Below, piece after piece: positions 50,301-64,000 of a DNA stretch of 64,000 nucleotides. Each line of letters begins with the position of its first letter. Position 1 is the first letter of the stretch. The notes beneath the pieces were generated by a model. That model ran no database searches. It worked only from the letters and a program-made list of their open reading frames with translations, and was not told the DNA's origin. Source of the DNA: Piromyces finnis finn. Lineage: Eukaryota > Fungi > Neocallimastigomycota. The position numbers were made by a program, and so were the translations under genes. Where the stretch lies: NCBI GenBank assembly GCA_002104945.1, contig MCFH01000017.1, positions 124,001-188,000 of the forward strand, read 5' to 3'.

Positions 50301-52126
50301 GGGTTCATAACTATTTTATAGGATTTGATAGTATAAACTTACCTCATATCTTGTTTTTTGATATGATTTAAAATTATTACTATTATTATTGTTGTTGTTA
50401 ATATTGTTAAATAATAATCTATGTACTGGCTTTTTTAAAGGTTTAATTTTTAACCTGGCAATTCTTTGGATAACTGGACTTTGGCCTAAATCAATTTTCA
50501 TTCTAATGTTTTTCATATTTCGACTGGGGGAAGGAATAAGCGTCGGATAGGGAGCATCCGATGTTGGACATGAGCTACAAATCGAGGTTTTCCTTGAAGA
50601 AATTATACTGTGGGTGTCGGAACTATTTTCTATGATTATTTTCATGATATTGTTTTCCGGTTGAGGGCTCTTTTCCTTCTTTTCATCACCATTACATTGC
50701 TCAAAATATTTATCTTTCAACAGCCGTTCGTCTTCAGAGAGTGAGGATGAAAAACTTTGAATGGTAATACTATTGCTATTATTATTTATAGAACTTTCCG
50801 CTAATGCATTTTTTGGATCATTTTTAATACTATTATTGTTTGTTATTAGGGAACGAATACTTTTATTGTCTTCGTCATCACTTTCATCCCTGTTATTATC
50901 ATCATTATCATTATTGGTATTGAAAGGTGTTCTCTGATACAAATTAGAAGTACATTTATCAAATGGAGAAATTCTATAAAATGTGGGCGTGATGGCTCTA
51001 TCATTATATCCAATTGTGTTAAATGGTGTGTTTGGGTTACTGGGTGAAATAATTTTTTTTTCAGAATTTACAATTTTACAGAATGGGGTTACTATTCTAT
51101 CTCTCAGATCAGCCGAGAGAATAGAATTATTTGGTGTTGCAATGTGATCAATTAACATTTTATCATCATAAAAATCACAATAATTATCTTTTACGTCTCT
51201 ATTATTTCTTTCATCGTCAAAACTATTTATTTCTATGGGATTATTGTCTCTGTCATAACTACTATGACTCATATTTGAACTCTTTCTTCCAGAATGATTA
51301 TTATTATTATGATTATCATTGGTTTCCGAATTAATGGTATATTGGCTATGTATTGAACATGCTTCTTGATGCTTACTGTTATTAAATATACATTTTCTAT
51401 CTACATCATAGACTATATCATAGGTATTAGTATTCATGATATCATTTAAATTTGTTTTTAAATCCTGCTTATTACTAATATCTATGATGGTCCTATCGTA
51501 TGATGATCTAATATTTAATTTTTCTTTTAATGGTCCAAATGTTGGATTAACATTTCTTTCTGATTCATATAATGCGGTGGCAGAACTTAAAGATTCTTTA
51601 TCTTGTTTAAACAGTGTACTACTTGAATTAATTAATGTTTTACTATCTAATAGAATCTTGTTATTATTCATTAATTTTATACTTTTCTTTAAATTCATCA
51701 TATCGTCATTAGAACTTAATCCATGTGAACTTAAACTTAATCCGTCTGAACTTAAATCATCAATATCAAAGGTATCTGAACTTAATGTAAATATTGATGA
51801 TTTTTCATTTAAATCAGAATTAAATTCACTTAAATTATCATCAAGGTTATTTAATTTAACATCACGACCACCACGTTTCATTTTTATATCATTTTTATAT
51901 TGTGGATTCATATTACCATTAAATTCATTTTTATTATTTATGTTCTGGCTTGGATGCTTATGTTTATTACATTTATTTGGTTTTGTTTTGTTGTTATCGT
52001 TATTACTAACTTTAATATTTTTATTTATATTGTTGTTTTCATTGTCACTATATTCATTTTTGTTATTAACGTTGGCTTTACTATTACTATTATTATTATT
52101 ATTAATAATATTATTATTATTGGAAC

Positions 52127-52168
<42 letters not shown>

Positions 52169-54805
52169 AAGTATTAGCAGTAATATTGTATTTTGGAAGA
52201 TTCTCTACATTTATTGAATTTAGCAAATTACAATTATTTTTGATATCATCCTTTTTCACATTGATAGTATTGTCTTTTTTATTAATATCATTATTAATAC
52301 AATTTGGTATAATTGAAACTTCTTTTTCTTTCTTACATTGATTATTGATAGTATCTTTTTTATGTTTACATTTTTCATTACTGGAAGAATTTTTTAAATT
52401 CTTTTCTTGAATTTTTTTTTTTTTATTAATTTCAATGGTATTATTAGTACCGCTATTATTATTATTGTTATTGTTGTTATTGTTGTCATCATCATCATCA
52501 TCATAATTTAAATGTTTATATTCTTCATATTCAATTCTACTATTATTTCTGTCAATTTCTTTGTCTAAATTCATTTCCTTTATTTTCCCACCTTTCTTTT
52601 TGGATTTTTTCTTTTTCTTTTTTTTCTTTTCTGTTTTAACTTTATTGATTTCATTATTATTTTTGTTATTGCTGTTATTGTTGATTTTATTATTAGGTAT
52701 ATTGTCGATTTTTTTCTCATTATTATTAACACTATTTACACCTTTTTCTTTGCTATCCTCATTGTCAACCTTTTGATTATTGTTAATGTTTACGTTCTTT
52801 ATAATTTTTTCTTTATTACCTTTATTATCAACCTTTTGATCATTACTAATACTCTTTACACTTTTTTCCTTATTGTCTTCACAGTCAATCTTTTGATTAT
52901 TACTGACATTTTTTACAACCTTTTCTTTATTGACCTCGGTTTCTTTAGTTATATTAATATTTCTGTTATTATCATTACTATTAACATTATTTTGTATATT
53001 ATTACCTTTTTTTATATAATTATTATTTAATAAAATTATAATTAAGTTAATTAATGCTTAATAGGCATTATTTATCACTATTATTTTCTTTTTATAAAAA
53101 TAAAAGTAAAATATTACCATTGTCATAGTTATTATCGTTATTATTGACATTGTTGATATTATCAACATTACTAATGTTATTATTATTGGTATTATTAGTA
53201 TTATTGACATTATTTGTATTGCTTTTATTTATCTTTTTCTTTTTTTTAAATATAAAGGGTACTATAATAATGATAATAATAATAATTATAATAATTATAA
53301 TATATTAATGAATATAAGTTTTTATTATACTTTAAATATTATAAATAATAAATTTTTACTTTTACTATTAGACTGAGTCTTTGAATTTGCTATTGGAAAA
53401 TTTTCATTGTTAAGATTAGAATTAATATTAAATTGGTACAATATTTTATTTAGTTCTTTTTCCCTTCCAGCATTTGAATCAATAGTAGTAGATATATTAT
53501 TATTTTCTTTCCTTTTAAAAATATTTATATCGTACACATCATTTAATAATTCCGGTGAATTTTGCTTTGTATTATTCATTTCGGTTTTTGAAAAAGAAAA
53601 AATTCCATTTTTTTGTGATTTTTGAACCTCATATAAAATAACAGATGAATCATCTGAAATGGACATACTATCATCATCATTATCATCATCATTATCACTA
53701 TTACTATCATTATCATCTTTATTTGATATTATATTTTCATTTTTACTTGATAAACCATTCTCCAAATTAGTATCACACTTTGACTTCTCGTCAGTTTTCA
53801 TTAAATTTTTCTTGTCTGATTTTGAAACAACATTATCAGTGACTTCATTATCGGAAATAATACTTGTAGATAATATTTTCTTTGTCTTTATATTAAATTT
53901 TATTTTTGATGCATTTTTGTTTAGTTTGTTCTTGTTTAATGAAAAGGATTGAGTTTGAAAGATATCATTGGATGAATTTATCTTATTATTATTATCCTTG
54001 GAGTATGTTTCTGGTGATTTAGTTTGTATTGGTATATTTGATACTTTTGTGTTTTCGATAGATAATTTATTATTGGATGATGTTGTCAAGGTGTTTGAGG
54101 TAGTTGGTTTAAAATTAAATTTATATCTATTAGAATTATTAAATGATGATGGTGTTTTATTCGGAAATGGTGAAGAGATTGATGGTATATTTGAAAATGA
54201 TGGTAATGGTTCGGATGGAATTGGAGGTATTAATGCTATATTTAAAGGTGGTGGTGGCTTAGAAGGTGGTGGGGGTATTGGAATCATTGATGAATTAAAT
54301 AAATTGGGAGGTTGTGAATTGATGTATGGTTTTTCATTATAAAAAGTATTTGATTGAGTTGAATTATACTGTAGTTCAGAAGTTTCATAATTAAATTGCA
54401 TATATGGATAGATAGATTGAGAAGGATTGTTATAATATGTTTGAGTAATAGAAGCATTATAATAAGAGTCTTGGGGATTTTGAAAGTAATATTCATTTTT
54501 ATTATTTCTATACTTGAATGACTTTTTTTTTAAAAAAATAAAAATTTTATTAATTAAATATTTTATATATATTAGTATTCTATACATGACAAATCCAGTT
54601 TAAACATTTTATGTATACACTATATAAAAAATACCTCATTATTACTGCCATATTTTTCAAAAGTATTATAATACTCATATTGATTTCCTATATTTATATT
54701 TTGTTAAAATAATTAATACTATATTATAATAATAAATATATATATACTTTTATTTTTTCATATACCAAATTTCTTTGACTTATCAGTTGATTTTTTAAAA
54801 TTCAT
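47356..54805 (-). CDS. Large protein (about 2,300 aa if joined): long N/K/S-rich disordered N-terminal part plus a C-terminal PPR/TPR-like helical solenoid and a putative degenerate Smr-like domain
   Basis: Proposed exons 54805-54766, 54687-54635, 54521 to ~53331-53366, ~53239-53118, 53005-50343 and 50214-47356. All junctions are phase-consistent except the one near 53240-53365, which is unresolved, so this could be two genes. The last ~700 aa are helical repeats (e.g. FLNESINYCIASNLYSHAMWLFIFMNRHNIKIDDMIYIKLL). Confidence 0.6.
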
Positions 54806-55680
54806 TGTGATAAAGTTTAATTCTTATTTATATAAGAATTATGTTTATATTACTGGATATTTATAACTTAATAATACTACTTTATATTTTTTAAAAAGTA
54901 TTATTTTTACAACAGTTATTCAATAGTTATTTTATTTCAGTATAAGTTTTAATTTTTTACTTTTTATTTTTTTTTTTTATTAAATTTCAATTTTTTTTTT
55001 TTTTTTATTTTTCTCATAACATTGCTAGATGACCTGGAACATTGTTGTTGTTTTTATAATTTAATAAATAAATGAAGTTTCATTTTATAGCATTTATTTT
55101 AAAGAAAAAACTTAAAATGGTAATGCTAATAATGCTTAGATTATCTCATTTAAATATTGTTAAAAAAAACATATATATGTATACAAAATGAATTTTTAAG
55201 AATTGAATAATAAATGTTTTCAATGGGCAATTAAAAATTTAAAATTTCAAAATTAAATGATAAAATAAAAGATACAATGAATAGTTTAATTATCTAATTT
55301 TTTTATTATGAATAGAATAGAGTTGTAAAAGATTTTCTTTTTTATTAATTAGTTAAAACTCGAGTAAAGGAAGAAGAAGAATAAAAAAAAAAGGTAGTCA
55401 ATGAACACTTTTTGAAATGTTTCAAGTTACCTTTTCTATCTTTTTTTTTATAATCATTTAAATATACAAAAAAAATTTTAATTTAAATTTAAAAATTATA
55501 TTAAATTTACTTTAATAATTAATTTATATTAAATAGTTCAGCGAATAAGAAGAAAGAGTTTAATTACCATTTAATTTAAAGAAATATGTATTTTTTACAT
55601 TGATTAATCATAGATTTATGAATTTCACATGAATATCATTTATTTTGATCTTGAATAGTATGAATCAAGAAATCATTTTT

Positions 55681-55721
<41 letters not shown>

Positions 55722-55748
55722 TAATTTTGGATATTCTAAAAAAAAAAA

Positions 55749-56496
55749 ATGATTCCATATTTAGTTTATTTTGTTCAATTTCATGAAGATTTCAGAATTC
55801 AAGGTTTGAAAATAAATAATAATTGAGTCAACATTTTATAGTATAGTTAATATTCATATTAATAATGATTAAATATCGAATATAATATATTTTAAAAATT
55901 TATTCAGAACTTGAAGCTTTAGCAAAACTCGAAAATGTTAAAATAAAATTTAACCGTGAAGACTATTCAAATGAAGTAAATAATATTATAAAAATACAAT
56001 TTTAAAAAATTTAATATATATAAATTTAATAAATTTGAAAATAAAACTTTAAAATGTTTAAAGAGTAAATGTATTAAAATCTAAAATAAAAATCAATATA
56101 TATCAAATTCAAGAATCCTTTCTTTATTGTAGAATTAGAATCAGATGAAGATGCAAAACGTTTAATTCGTCGTTCAATATTAATAAAGTATATATATATA
56201 TATAATATTAATAAAAATTAATATTATATTTTTTGAAATAAATTTTAAAATAATTAGCCCTAAATAAAAAATTTCATTTTCCATTTTCAAAAATTTATCA
56301 GACATATTATTCAACTCTGGACTTCTGGTAACGATTACCCTGAAGTTTACAAAAATTTAAAAAGCTTCGACCCAGAAAAATATGTAATGTTAAACACTTT
56401 ATAAACAAAAAAAAAAAAAAAAAAAAAACAATGTTATATAATTTATTATCATATCACCAAAATAAATTATTAATTAAAATTTCTGGTAAATTTATA

Positions 56497-56532
<36 letters not shown>

Positions 56533-58260
56533 AGAAACCTTATGAAACTTCAACATTTAAATTTATGGTCGAAACATACAATGGTACAAGAACTATGAAA
56601 GAACAAGTTGATATTATTAATACTTTTTCTTTTCTTCCATTCACTGGAAGTATTGATTTAAAAAAGCCTGATAATACTTTTATGGTATTAGAAAAATACC
56701 CAGCTCCAACTGAACCACCTTGCAAAATTTATATGGGAAAATTAGTTGGTAGTGGTGATAGACAATTAGTAGCAAAATACGATTTAAAGAAAAGAAAGTA
56801 TTTGGGAACAACATCTATGGATGCTGAATTATCTTTAATTATGTCAAACATGGCTTTAGTACGTAGTTTTATAATTAATTAAAAAAAAAATAATAACAAT
56901 AACAAAGAAAATTATAAAAAAGAAATTTTAATATTAATATATAACACACCGATAATATAGGTTCGTCAAAATTCCTTAGTATTAGATCCATTTGTTGGTA
57001 CAGGCAGTTTCTTAATTACTTGTTCACACTATGGTGCTTTTACTTTAGGTAGTGATATTGACGGAAGACAAATCAGAGGAAAGGGAAAAACTAGTATTGC
57101 TACTAATATTGAACAATATAATATGAAAAAGAAGGTTTTAGGAACTATTGTTAGTGATATGGGTAAAATTATAATAATATATAATATAAAAAAATATATA
57201 TATATTAAATTTATTTTCTAATAATATAGCTCATCATCCATGGAGAAATAATGGTGAATTATTCGATGCTATTGTTACTGATGTAAGTTTTTTTTTTTTT
57301 TTTCATTTATTATATATAATATATAATATATATAGTTAATTTTTAGAAAATTATTTAAAAAAATTATTTATAATAATTTTTATAAAACTTTTTGATTTAC
57401 AATATTAATTTTTCTTTTCTCTAATAATATTAATTATTTATAAATCTATATATTTCAACTATAGCCTCCATGTAAATATATAAAAATATGATATTATATT
57501 ATAATGTTATAATGAATAGATAAAATATTAATTTTTTTATAATTATTTTTAGATGGTGTTCGTGCTGGTGCCAAAAAAATTGGTTTAAATACTGATAAGT
57601 ATGACGCTCCACCACCAACTAAGAGAGATGCTATGAACCCAAGATATCCATTAACTGTTCCTTATGAAATGGAACAAGTTTTAATTGATTTAATTGAATT
57701 TGCTAGTAAATACCTTGTTGTCGGTGGTCGTTTAGTTTATTGGTTACCAACAAATTCTGAAGAGTAAATAAAATTTTATTATTTTATAAACTTTAAAAAA
57801 ATATATATATCTATTTATTAAAAAAATATTTTTATTAAAAATTCAATTTATTTTAAAAAAAAAAAAAAATAGATATAACAAAAATGATATACCACAACAT
57901 CCATCATTAAAATTAATTGCTAATAGTGAACAATCCTTTGGTAAATGGAGTAGACGTTTAATTACCATGGAAAAGGTTAAGAAATATGAAGATATTCGTC
58001 TTACTGGAGAAGGTAACACAGGTCACTATCAATTTAGACAATTCTATTTCTATGGAAAGGTAAAAATTCAATTATAATTATTTTCATTCAAATATATACT
58101 AGTATAATAATTAAAATGATGATTAAAAAAAAAATTGTAATTTCAAATATTTCATATATATAATATCTAGGACGGAGAACAAAAGCAAGAAAATAACAAA
58201 AAGGAACAACCAAAGGATGAATTAGAAAGTGAAAAAGTTAAAAAAAGCAAACATGAATAA
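55749..58260 (+). CDS. TRM11: tRNA (guanine(10)-N2)-methyltransferase, ~450 aa, 11 exons
   Basis: Exons 55749-55803, 55908-55975, 56114-56187, 56302-56383, 56535-56858, 56961-57162, 57230-57282, 57465-57471, 57553-57763, 57873-58059, 58171-58260. Motifs: N-terminal YLVYFVQFHEDFRIQELEAL, YDLKKRKYLGTTSMDAELSLIMSNMA, SAM motif LDPFVGTGS, GSDID, FDAIVTDPPYGVRAGAKKIG, GGRLVYW, SEQSFGKWSRRLITMEK. Confidence 0.95.
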
Positions 58261-58717
58261 ATTAAATTAATATGAAAAATATATAAATATTACTTTTTTT
58301 TTTCATTTCTTTTAAATAGACTATAGCATATTAATAAATATTATTATTAAAATTAGTAATAATTAGATAAATTAGAAGTATATTAATTTACATAAAGAAA
58401 AGAAAAAAAATTTTAAATAAATTTTTTAATATTTAAAAGTTTTTAATATAAAATGTTTATAATCTATTGTATTATTTATTTATTATAAAATTCAAAATAA
58501 AACTATTTTATAAATCTAAGGATTATAAAATTTATATAAATCTTTTTTATATTAGATATATATATATATATTCTACAAAAATTACATATTGTTATTATAG
58601 ATATTCTTCATTAAATAAATTATTATAAATCAAATAATAGTGTAAAGAGTGAGGGCATGCTTTTATGTTTCCATTGGTAATTGAATAAGGTAAATTCCAT
58701 TTAGAAATAAAAAGTTT

Positions 58718-58813
58718 TTAATTTAATGTAATGTAAAGAATTTGAATACCAATTCCTGATAAGGCAACCTTCCATTTTTTGTCGCTAATAACATAAATAA
58801 GATAGATAAATTA

Positions 58814-58860
<47 letters not shown>

Positions 58861-59120
58861 GGTTTGATTTACTCTATTTTTGAACTATAAATATATATAA
58901 AAAAAAATAAAATAAATATAAAATACAAACCTTATCTTTTTAACATCCATACAAGATACATCAGCAATATCAATATATCTTGATTCTATTAATTCTAAAT
59001 CAATTTTGTCTTCATTATTTATTTTAATGGCCCATATATTTAATCTTTGATCTTCAGATATGGTTAATAAATAACTATCATTAAAGATTTTAACATCTAT
59101 ATTTGTTATTATATAAGAAA

Positions 59121-59151
<31 letters not shown>

Positions 59152-59697
59152 GGAATATTTTTATGGTTAAATATATATATATTATCATAAATCAAAAAAA
59201 AAAAAGTTTTAAAAGTTTAAATTTATAACAGGGTAAGTTAGTTTTATTACCTGTTAAGGCTGAAGAATGAGCAAATTCTTGAGTAAACTTTCCATACTTT
59301 GAAACAGAAAGGATATTTTGTTCATTCTTTGAAATATCAACATAAGCAGTAGAACAAGCATTATCATCACCACCAGTAGCTAAAATAATTCTTTGTTTAT
59401 TATTCATATCTAAAAAAACGTATAATAACATTTTTTTTTTTTTTTTTTTTTTTTTATTTTTTGTCAGAATTCTATATTTGAATAAAGTTTTTTTTTTTTT
59501 TTTTTTTTTTGAATATTTGGTCCTTACCAATCTTAGAATCTATTCCATTAATACCAGATTGGTGTAATGTAATTTTACTAAAGGAAACTAACTCTTCAGA
59601 TTTACTTAATTCACCATCCAAATATGTAAATATTTTGAATGAAAATCATTATAAATAATAATGATGATACTATAAAATTAAAAATAATAACAATTCA

Positions 59698-59734
<37 letters not shown>

Positions 59735-62700
59735 TATAAATTATTTATTTATAAAAGGATATCTTTTGATTATACTGGTACAATTACAGAAGTATACTTG
59801 ACCATCAGTAGCAGAAACTAAAGCTATTAATTCTTTAGTATTATCATCAAATGACATAAATTGGAATTTAGTTCTTAAAATACATCTATTGGTTAATTTT
59901 CCACAAGCAATAACTTCAAATTTATTGGTATTTTCATTAAATATCCATAACTATAACAAATTTTTAACAATGAAATAAATAAAAATAAAAAAAAAAAATT
60001 AATTTTTTTAAATTTAAATGTTTATAAAAAGATTTTTTTTTTATTATTATTATTAATAAACAACTTACTCTAGTTAATGAATCAGAATAACCGGCAATGA
60101 TAAGATGAATTCCATTGTCATTAGCATATTCTCTTAATTTCAAAGAGCCTAAACTATAAACATCCATATCCATAATACGAGTTTCAGAGGAAGCTGGACT
60201 AACATGTGGAGCACTAACATAATTTACACAATTAATATATAAATCACTATCATTCATCATTTCTGAATTGTCATCCTTAATTTCAAGTTTCCAGGCATTT
60301 AATTCTTCACAAGCACCACTAGAGAATAATAATTTGTTTAATCCAACAGAAAAACCTAAATTCTTAATAACAGAAGTGTGCTTTCTTATAGAAGATCTTG
60401 AATGAATTTGAATAGATGATTCAGGTTCATCTAAAATAAGATTGTATAGGAATGAAAAGAAAGAAGAAAGGTATTAGATATGTAATTTTTAATGAAATGT
60501 CTTACTTTAATTAAATAACTAATTTTATTATTAATTTAAAAGAAAAATACAAACATTTTAAGAATTTTAATAATGAATCTTCAGCACCAGTAATTAATAA
60601 ACCATTGTCTTCTTTTGGTTTATCGCTTTCAATAAATGAATCATCAATAAATTTAATGGCTCTAATTTCCTTTCCATGAAGATTATCCTAATAATAATTA
60701 TTATTACCAATATTCATATATAAATATATATACATTTAGTATTTACACATTTATATATATATATATATTTGTATATGTATGTGTAATAAAATTAAAAAAA
60801 AAAAAAATCATACTTGTAATTTTTCTTCCTTGAATGGTTTTTCATACTTTATATTTCTAAGATATACGTATAACTATTATATATTACATTAAAATAGTTA
60901 AATTTCATATTGTTAATGTTTTTATAATAATAAATTTTAATAATATTATGAAAAAAACATATTTTTTTTTTTTTTTTTTTTACCTTTTCCTTTCTGTAGA
61001 ATGCAAATTCAGCCTTATTTATAGTCTCAGTTTCAGTACTGAAATACCATTTTCTGTGAGCACCACCACAAGCAATAGACATAACCTTTTTCAATTATAT
61101 ATATAATTATTAAATAATTAATTATTTCTATTTCTAGTTTTAAATATAAATAAGAGAATATTATAAATTAAAATTTAGAAGTGAATTATCCTACTTCATA
61201 TTTCTTATCATCATTATATACAAAGAAACGCTTTTGGAAAAATCCTAATAAGAGCTTAGTATTATTGACAATAATGATCTATTGAATAAAAAAGAATTAT
61301 ATATATTAATTCATGAAATTTTAATTTTTTAATTTAATAATTTAATTATTAAATAACGACATATTTTAATAGTTTTACCTTTTCTAACCAACCCTTGGTA
61401 ATCTTTGATTTACCAATTTCTTCAATTTTAATTGGATCTTGTTCATTTATATCACCATTCAAAAGTTTACCGGTGGCACGGAATTGAATATAATTACCAT
61501 CACGACCAGTAGAATAGAATACTAAAGAATTACTGGTAGATAAACTCTTATCAATAGTAATACATGTAAGAGCATCACGACCATGAGCACCAACGTATCT
61601 GAATACTGGTTCAATTGTTTCATTAGAATCATCATTAGTGATTTTATAAACAATAACAGAACCATGTCTACAACCCATAAGAAGTATATTATGTTCTTCT
61701 GAATAAGTTAAACACATAACTGTATTTACAGTAAGCTTGATCTTCTTTTTTAAAGTTACAACAGGCTAAATATTAAAAATAATAATTGTAATAGGAATAA
61801 AAAAAATATGTGAGATACTGTATTACAAATATTTTGTTTATATTATATTTTTATATGTAAAACTCAAAAATGATTATTGATACATTTGAAATATCAGAAA
61901 TATCAATGGTATTCCAAAACATTTCATTATTTATACTGTATGAAAAGAAGTAGACAATATCTAAATATTTATTTCATAGATTTACATTTTAAAAATAAAT
62001 CATTAGTTTATAATATTTTTAATAAATTAATTACTAAAAAAAAAAAAAAAAGATCTATTTTAAATTTTATAATATCTACTTGGGTTATTTGATTTTTCAA
62101 AATAGACATCAAAGACCTTTCCTTCATGAGCTTTCCATTTAATTGGCTTAATTATTGTTAAACGATACGACATAAATTAGTAAATATAATATGTTTATCC
62201 AAAATATATATATATATAATAAAAAAAAAAAGAAAAAAAGAAAAATACCTTAAATGAATTATCTGGACTTAAAAGTAAAACATTACCACTAAGATCACCA
62301 CAACCAATAATTCTTTGACATTCTGAAACATCAATCATTGAATAATTACAGAAAGATTTATCTTGATATAAAACAGAAGATTCATCGGTACTTAAATCAT
62401 TTGCAAGGATATAACTAATAATCATAAAAATAAAAAAGAGCTATTAATATTTTGCTTTTTTTTTTTAATGCTTTATCTTTCAATTTGAATCAAGAATAAA
62501 AATTATTAAATATTCTATACAAACCCGGTATTAGTAACAAAAATGCTTTTTTTATCACCAACTTGAGCAAAGTTTCTAATAAATTCTTTCTTTGGTAATG
62601 AATCCTTTTTAATAAATAAATAAAAAAAAGTATTAATGAAAACTGAAAATAATTATAAATTTATTATTTTATTATAAAAAGAATTACTTTTAAAGCTGGA

Positions 62701-64000
62701 TCAATATAAGTATCTTGATTTGGTAAGGAAATTTCTTTTAATCCACTAGTAGATTCTAAATATTAAAATAACATCGATTTTATAGTTAATATTTAAATTA
62801 ATACTTATCTAATAGTTAAAATGGTAAATTAAATTAAATATATTATTGTATCATCAAATATTATATATGTATTACCAATTTTGTTGGATTCTAAATCTTT
62901 TAAATTCCATAAACGAACACCAGAATCACCACCACCAGTAGCAACAATATCTCTTTCAGGAGACATAGCTACACACCAAATATCTTTACCGTAGTGACCT
63001 TCCCAACAAGCAGCACAAGATTCATTATTATAATCCCATACACGACAAGTTGTATCTTCAGAAACAGTAATGGCATATTTATCAGTTAAAATACAATCCC
63101 ATATACGAGAAGTATGACCATATAATACAATTGATTTTCTTTTTTATAATTAATTAATTTTATATTTTATATATAATAACAATGTTTTTTTTTTTTAATC
63201 AAAAGAAATACACCTTCATTTAATACTTTAAAAATAAAACATATTTATTATTTTTTAATTATTAATTTAAATTAAAAATTACCTATCATTAATAGTCCAA
63301 ACACGAAGAGTTCTATCATCTGAAACTGAACATATCTTTTTACCATCATCAGTGAAATCCATAGCAAAAATAACACCCTTTTAATATAAAAAGAAAAAAA
63401 GTATTAATATTTTCATGTATATTTATATATAAATATAATGTTTAAATAAATTATTAAAATATATGTTATTTTTAAATTAATATCATTAAATATTTACTTC
63501 ATGTCCTTTAAATTCTTGTATAATGGCACTTCCATTTGATTTATTTAAAACGTTCCATAAAATAACAACATTAAATACAGTACCGGATGCTAATTTTAAA
63601 GTACTTAATGTATTACCATAAAACTTGGCTGAATAACTGATTAAATTTGTAATTATCATTATAAATTAAATAAATTTTGGTTATTTTCCAATATTTTATT
63701 TTTTGTATATTCTTTCAATAATTCTTTTAATAATGACGTTTACATAATACAATTAACTTCAGAATGAACTTCATATTTTTTAGTTGTTAAATTAATATCA
63801 TAAACTTCAACAAAATTATGGCCTAAAGCTAAAGCAATATCGGTTGGAATGTCTGATTGTTCCTAATTATTTTATTGATTGATGTAAATTTGTAAATAAT
63901 AAAGTGAAATAAAAAATTAAATTATTATAATTAGTATTTCCATTTATAATTATTGTCGAGGTTGTTGTAGAAATTGAAATTATTAAACAATTTATAATAT
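58718..64000 (-). CDS. WDR6: WD40-repeat tRNA 2'-O-methyltransferase regulator (WDR6/Trm734/Rtt10 family); multi-exon, 5' end lies beyond the window
   Basis: Spliced segments read LASGTVFNVVILW, KGHE/GVIFAMDF..SDDRTLRVW, YGHTSRIWDC..SEDTTCRVW..GHYGKDIWCV..ATGGGDSGVRLW, AHGRDALT, GGAHRKWYF, HGKEIRAI, HTSVIK, GGDDNA..AHSSALTG, SEDQRLNIW, IADVSCMD. The last exon ends VALSGIGIQILYITLN* (stop 58720-58718). Confidence 0.88.

Noticed and set aside
51436-52341. 301-aa hydrophobic plus-strand ORF (and 51900..52217, 53407..54342 etc.)
   Set aside because: Antisense shadows of Asn/Lys/Asp-rich coding sequence on the minus strand.

Overview
Extremely AT-rich, intron-rich eukaryotic DNA, most consistent with an anaerobic gut fungus (Neocallimastigomycota). 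The taxon is an inference from the poly(dA:dT) intergenic DNA, many short GT-AG introns, poly-Asn tracts and fungal-type gene families. I reconstructed nine spliced protein-coding genes by hand, checking reading phase across each intron. They are: a putative transcription factor with a phage/bacterial-like HTH motif (+, 4859-6899); an NDR-family kinase (+, 11020-15428); a ~3,845-aa protein of tandem ASH/PapD-like Ig domains (-, 16375-28092); a Wee1/Myt1 kinase (+, 31058-34678); an 82-aa two-exon microprotein missed by the ORF track (+, 38543-39164); a class-3 lipase (-, 41326-45400); a large disordered plus PPR-like/Smr-like protein (-, 47356-54805, one junction unresolved); TRM11 (+, 55749-58260); and WDR6/TRM734 (-, 58718 to beyond the window). 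I saw no rRNA, tRNA, CRISPR array or intact transposon. The most interesting signals are the phage-like HTH regulator, the giant ASH-repeat protein, the hidden microprotein, the PPR-Smr-like protein beside two tRNA-methylation genes, and unusual splicing features (poly-A acceptors, a 7-nt catalytic micro-exon and a branch-point minisatellite).
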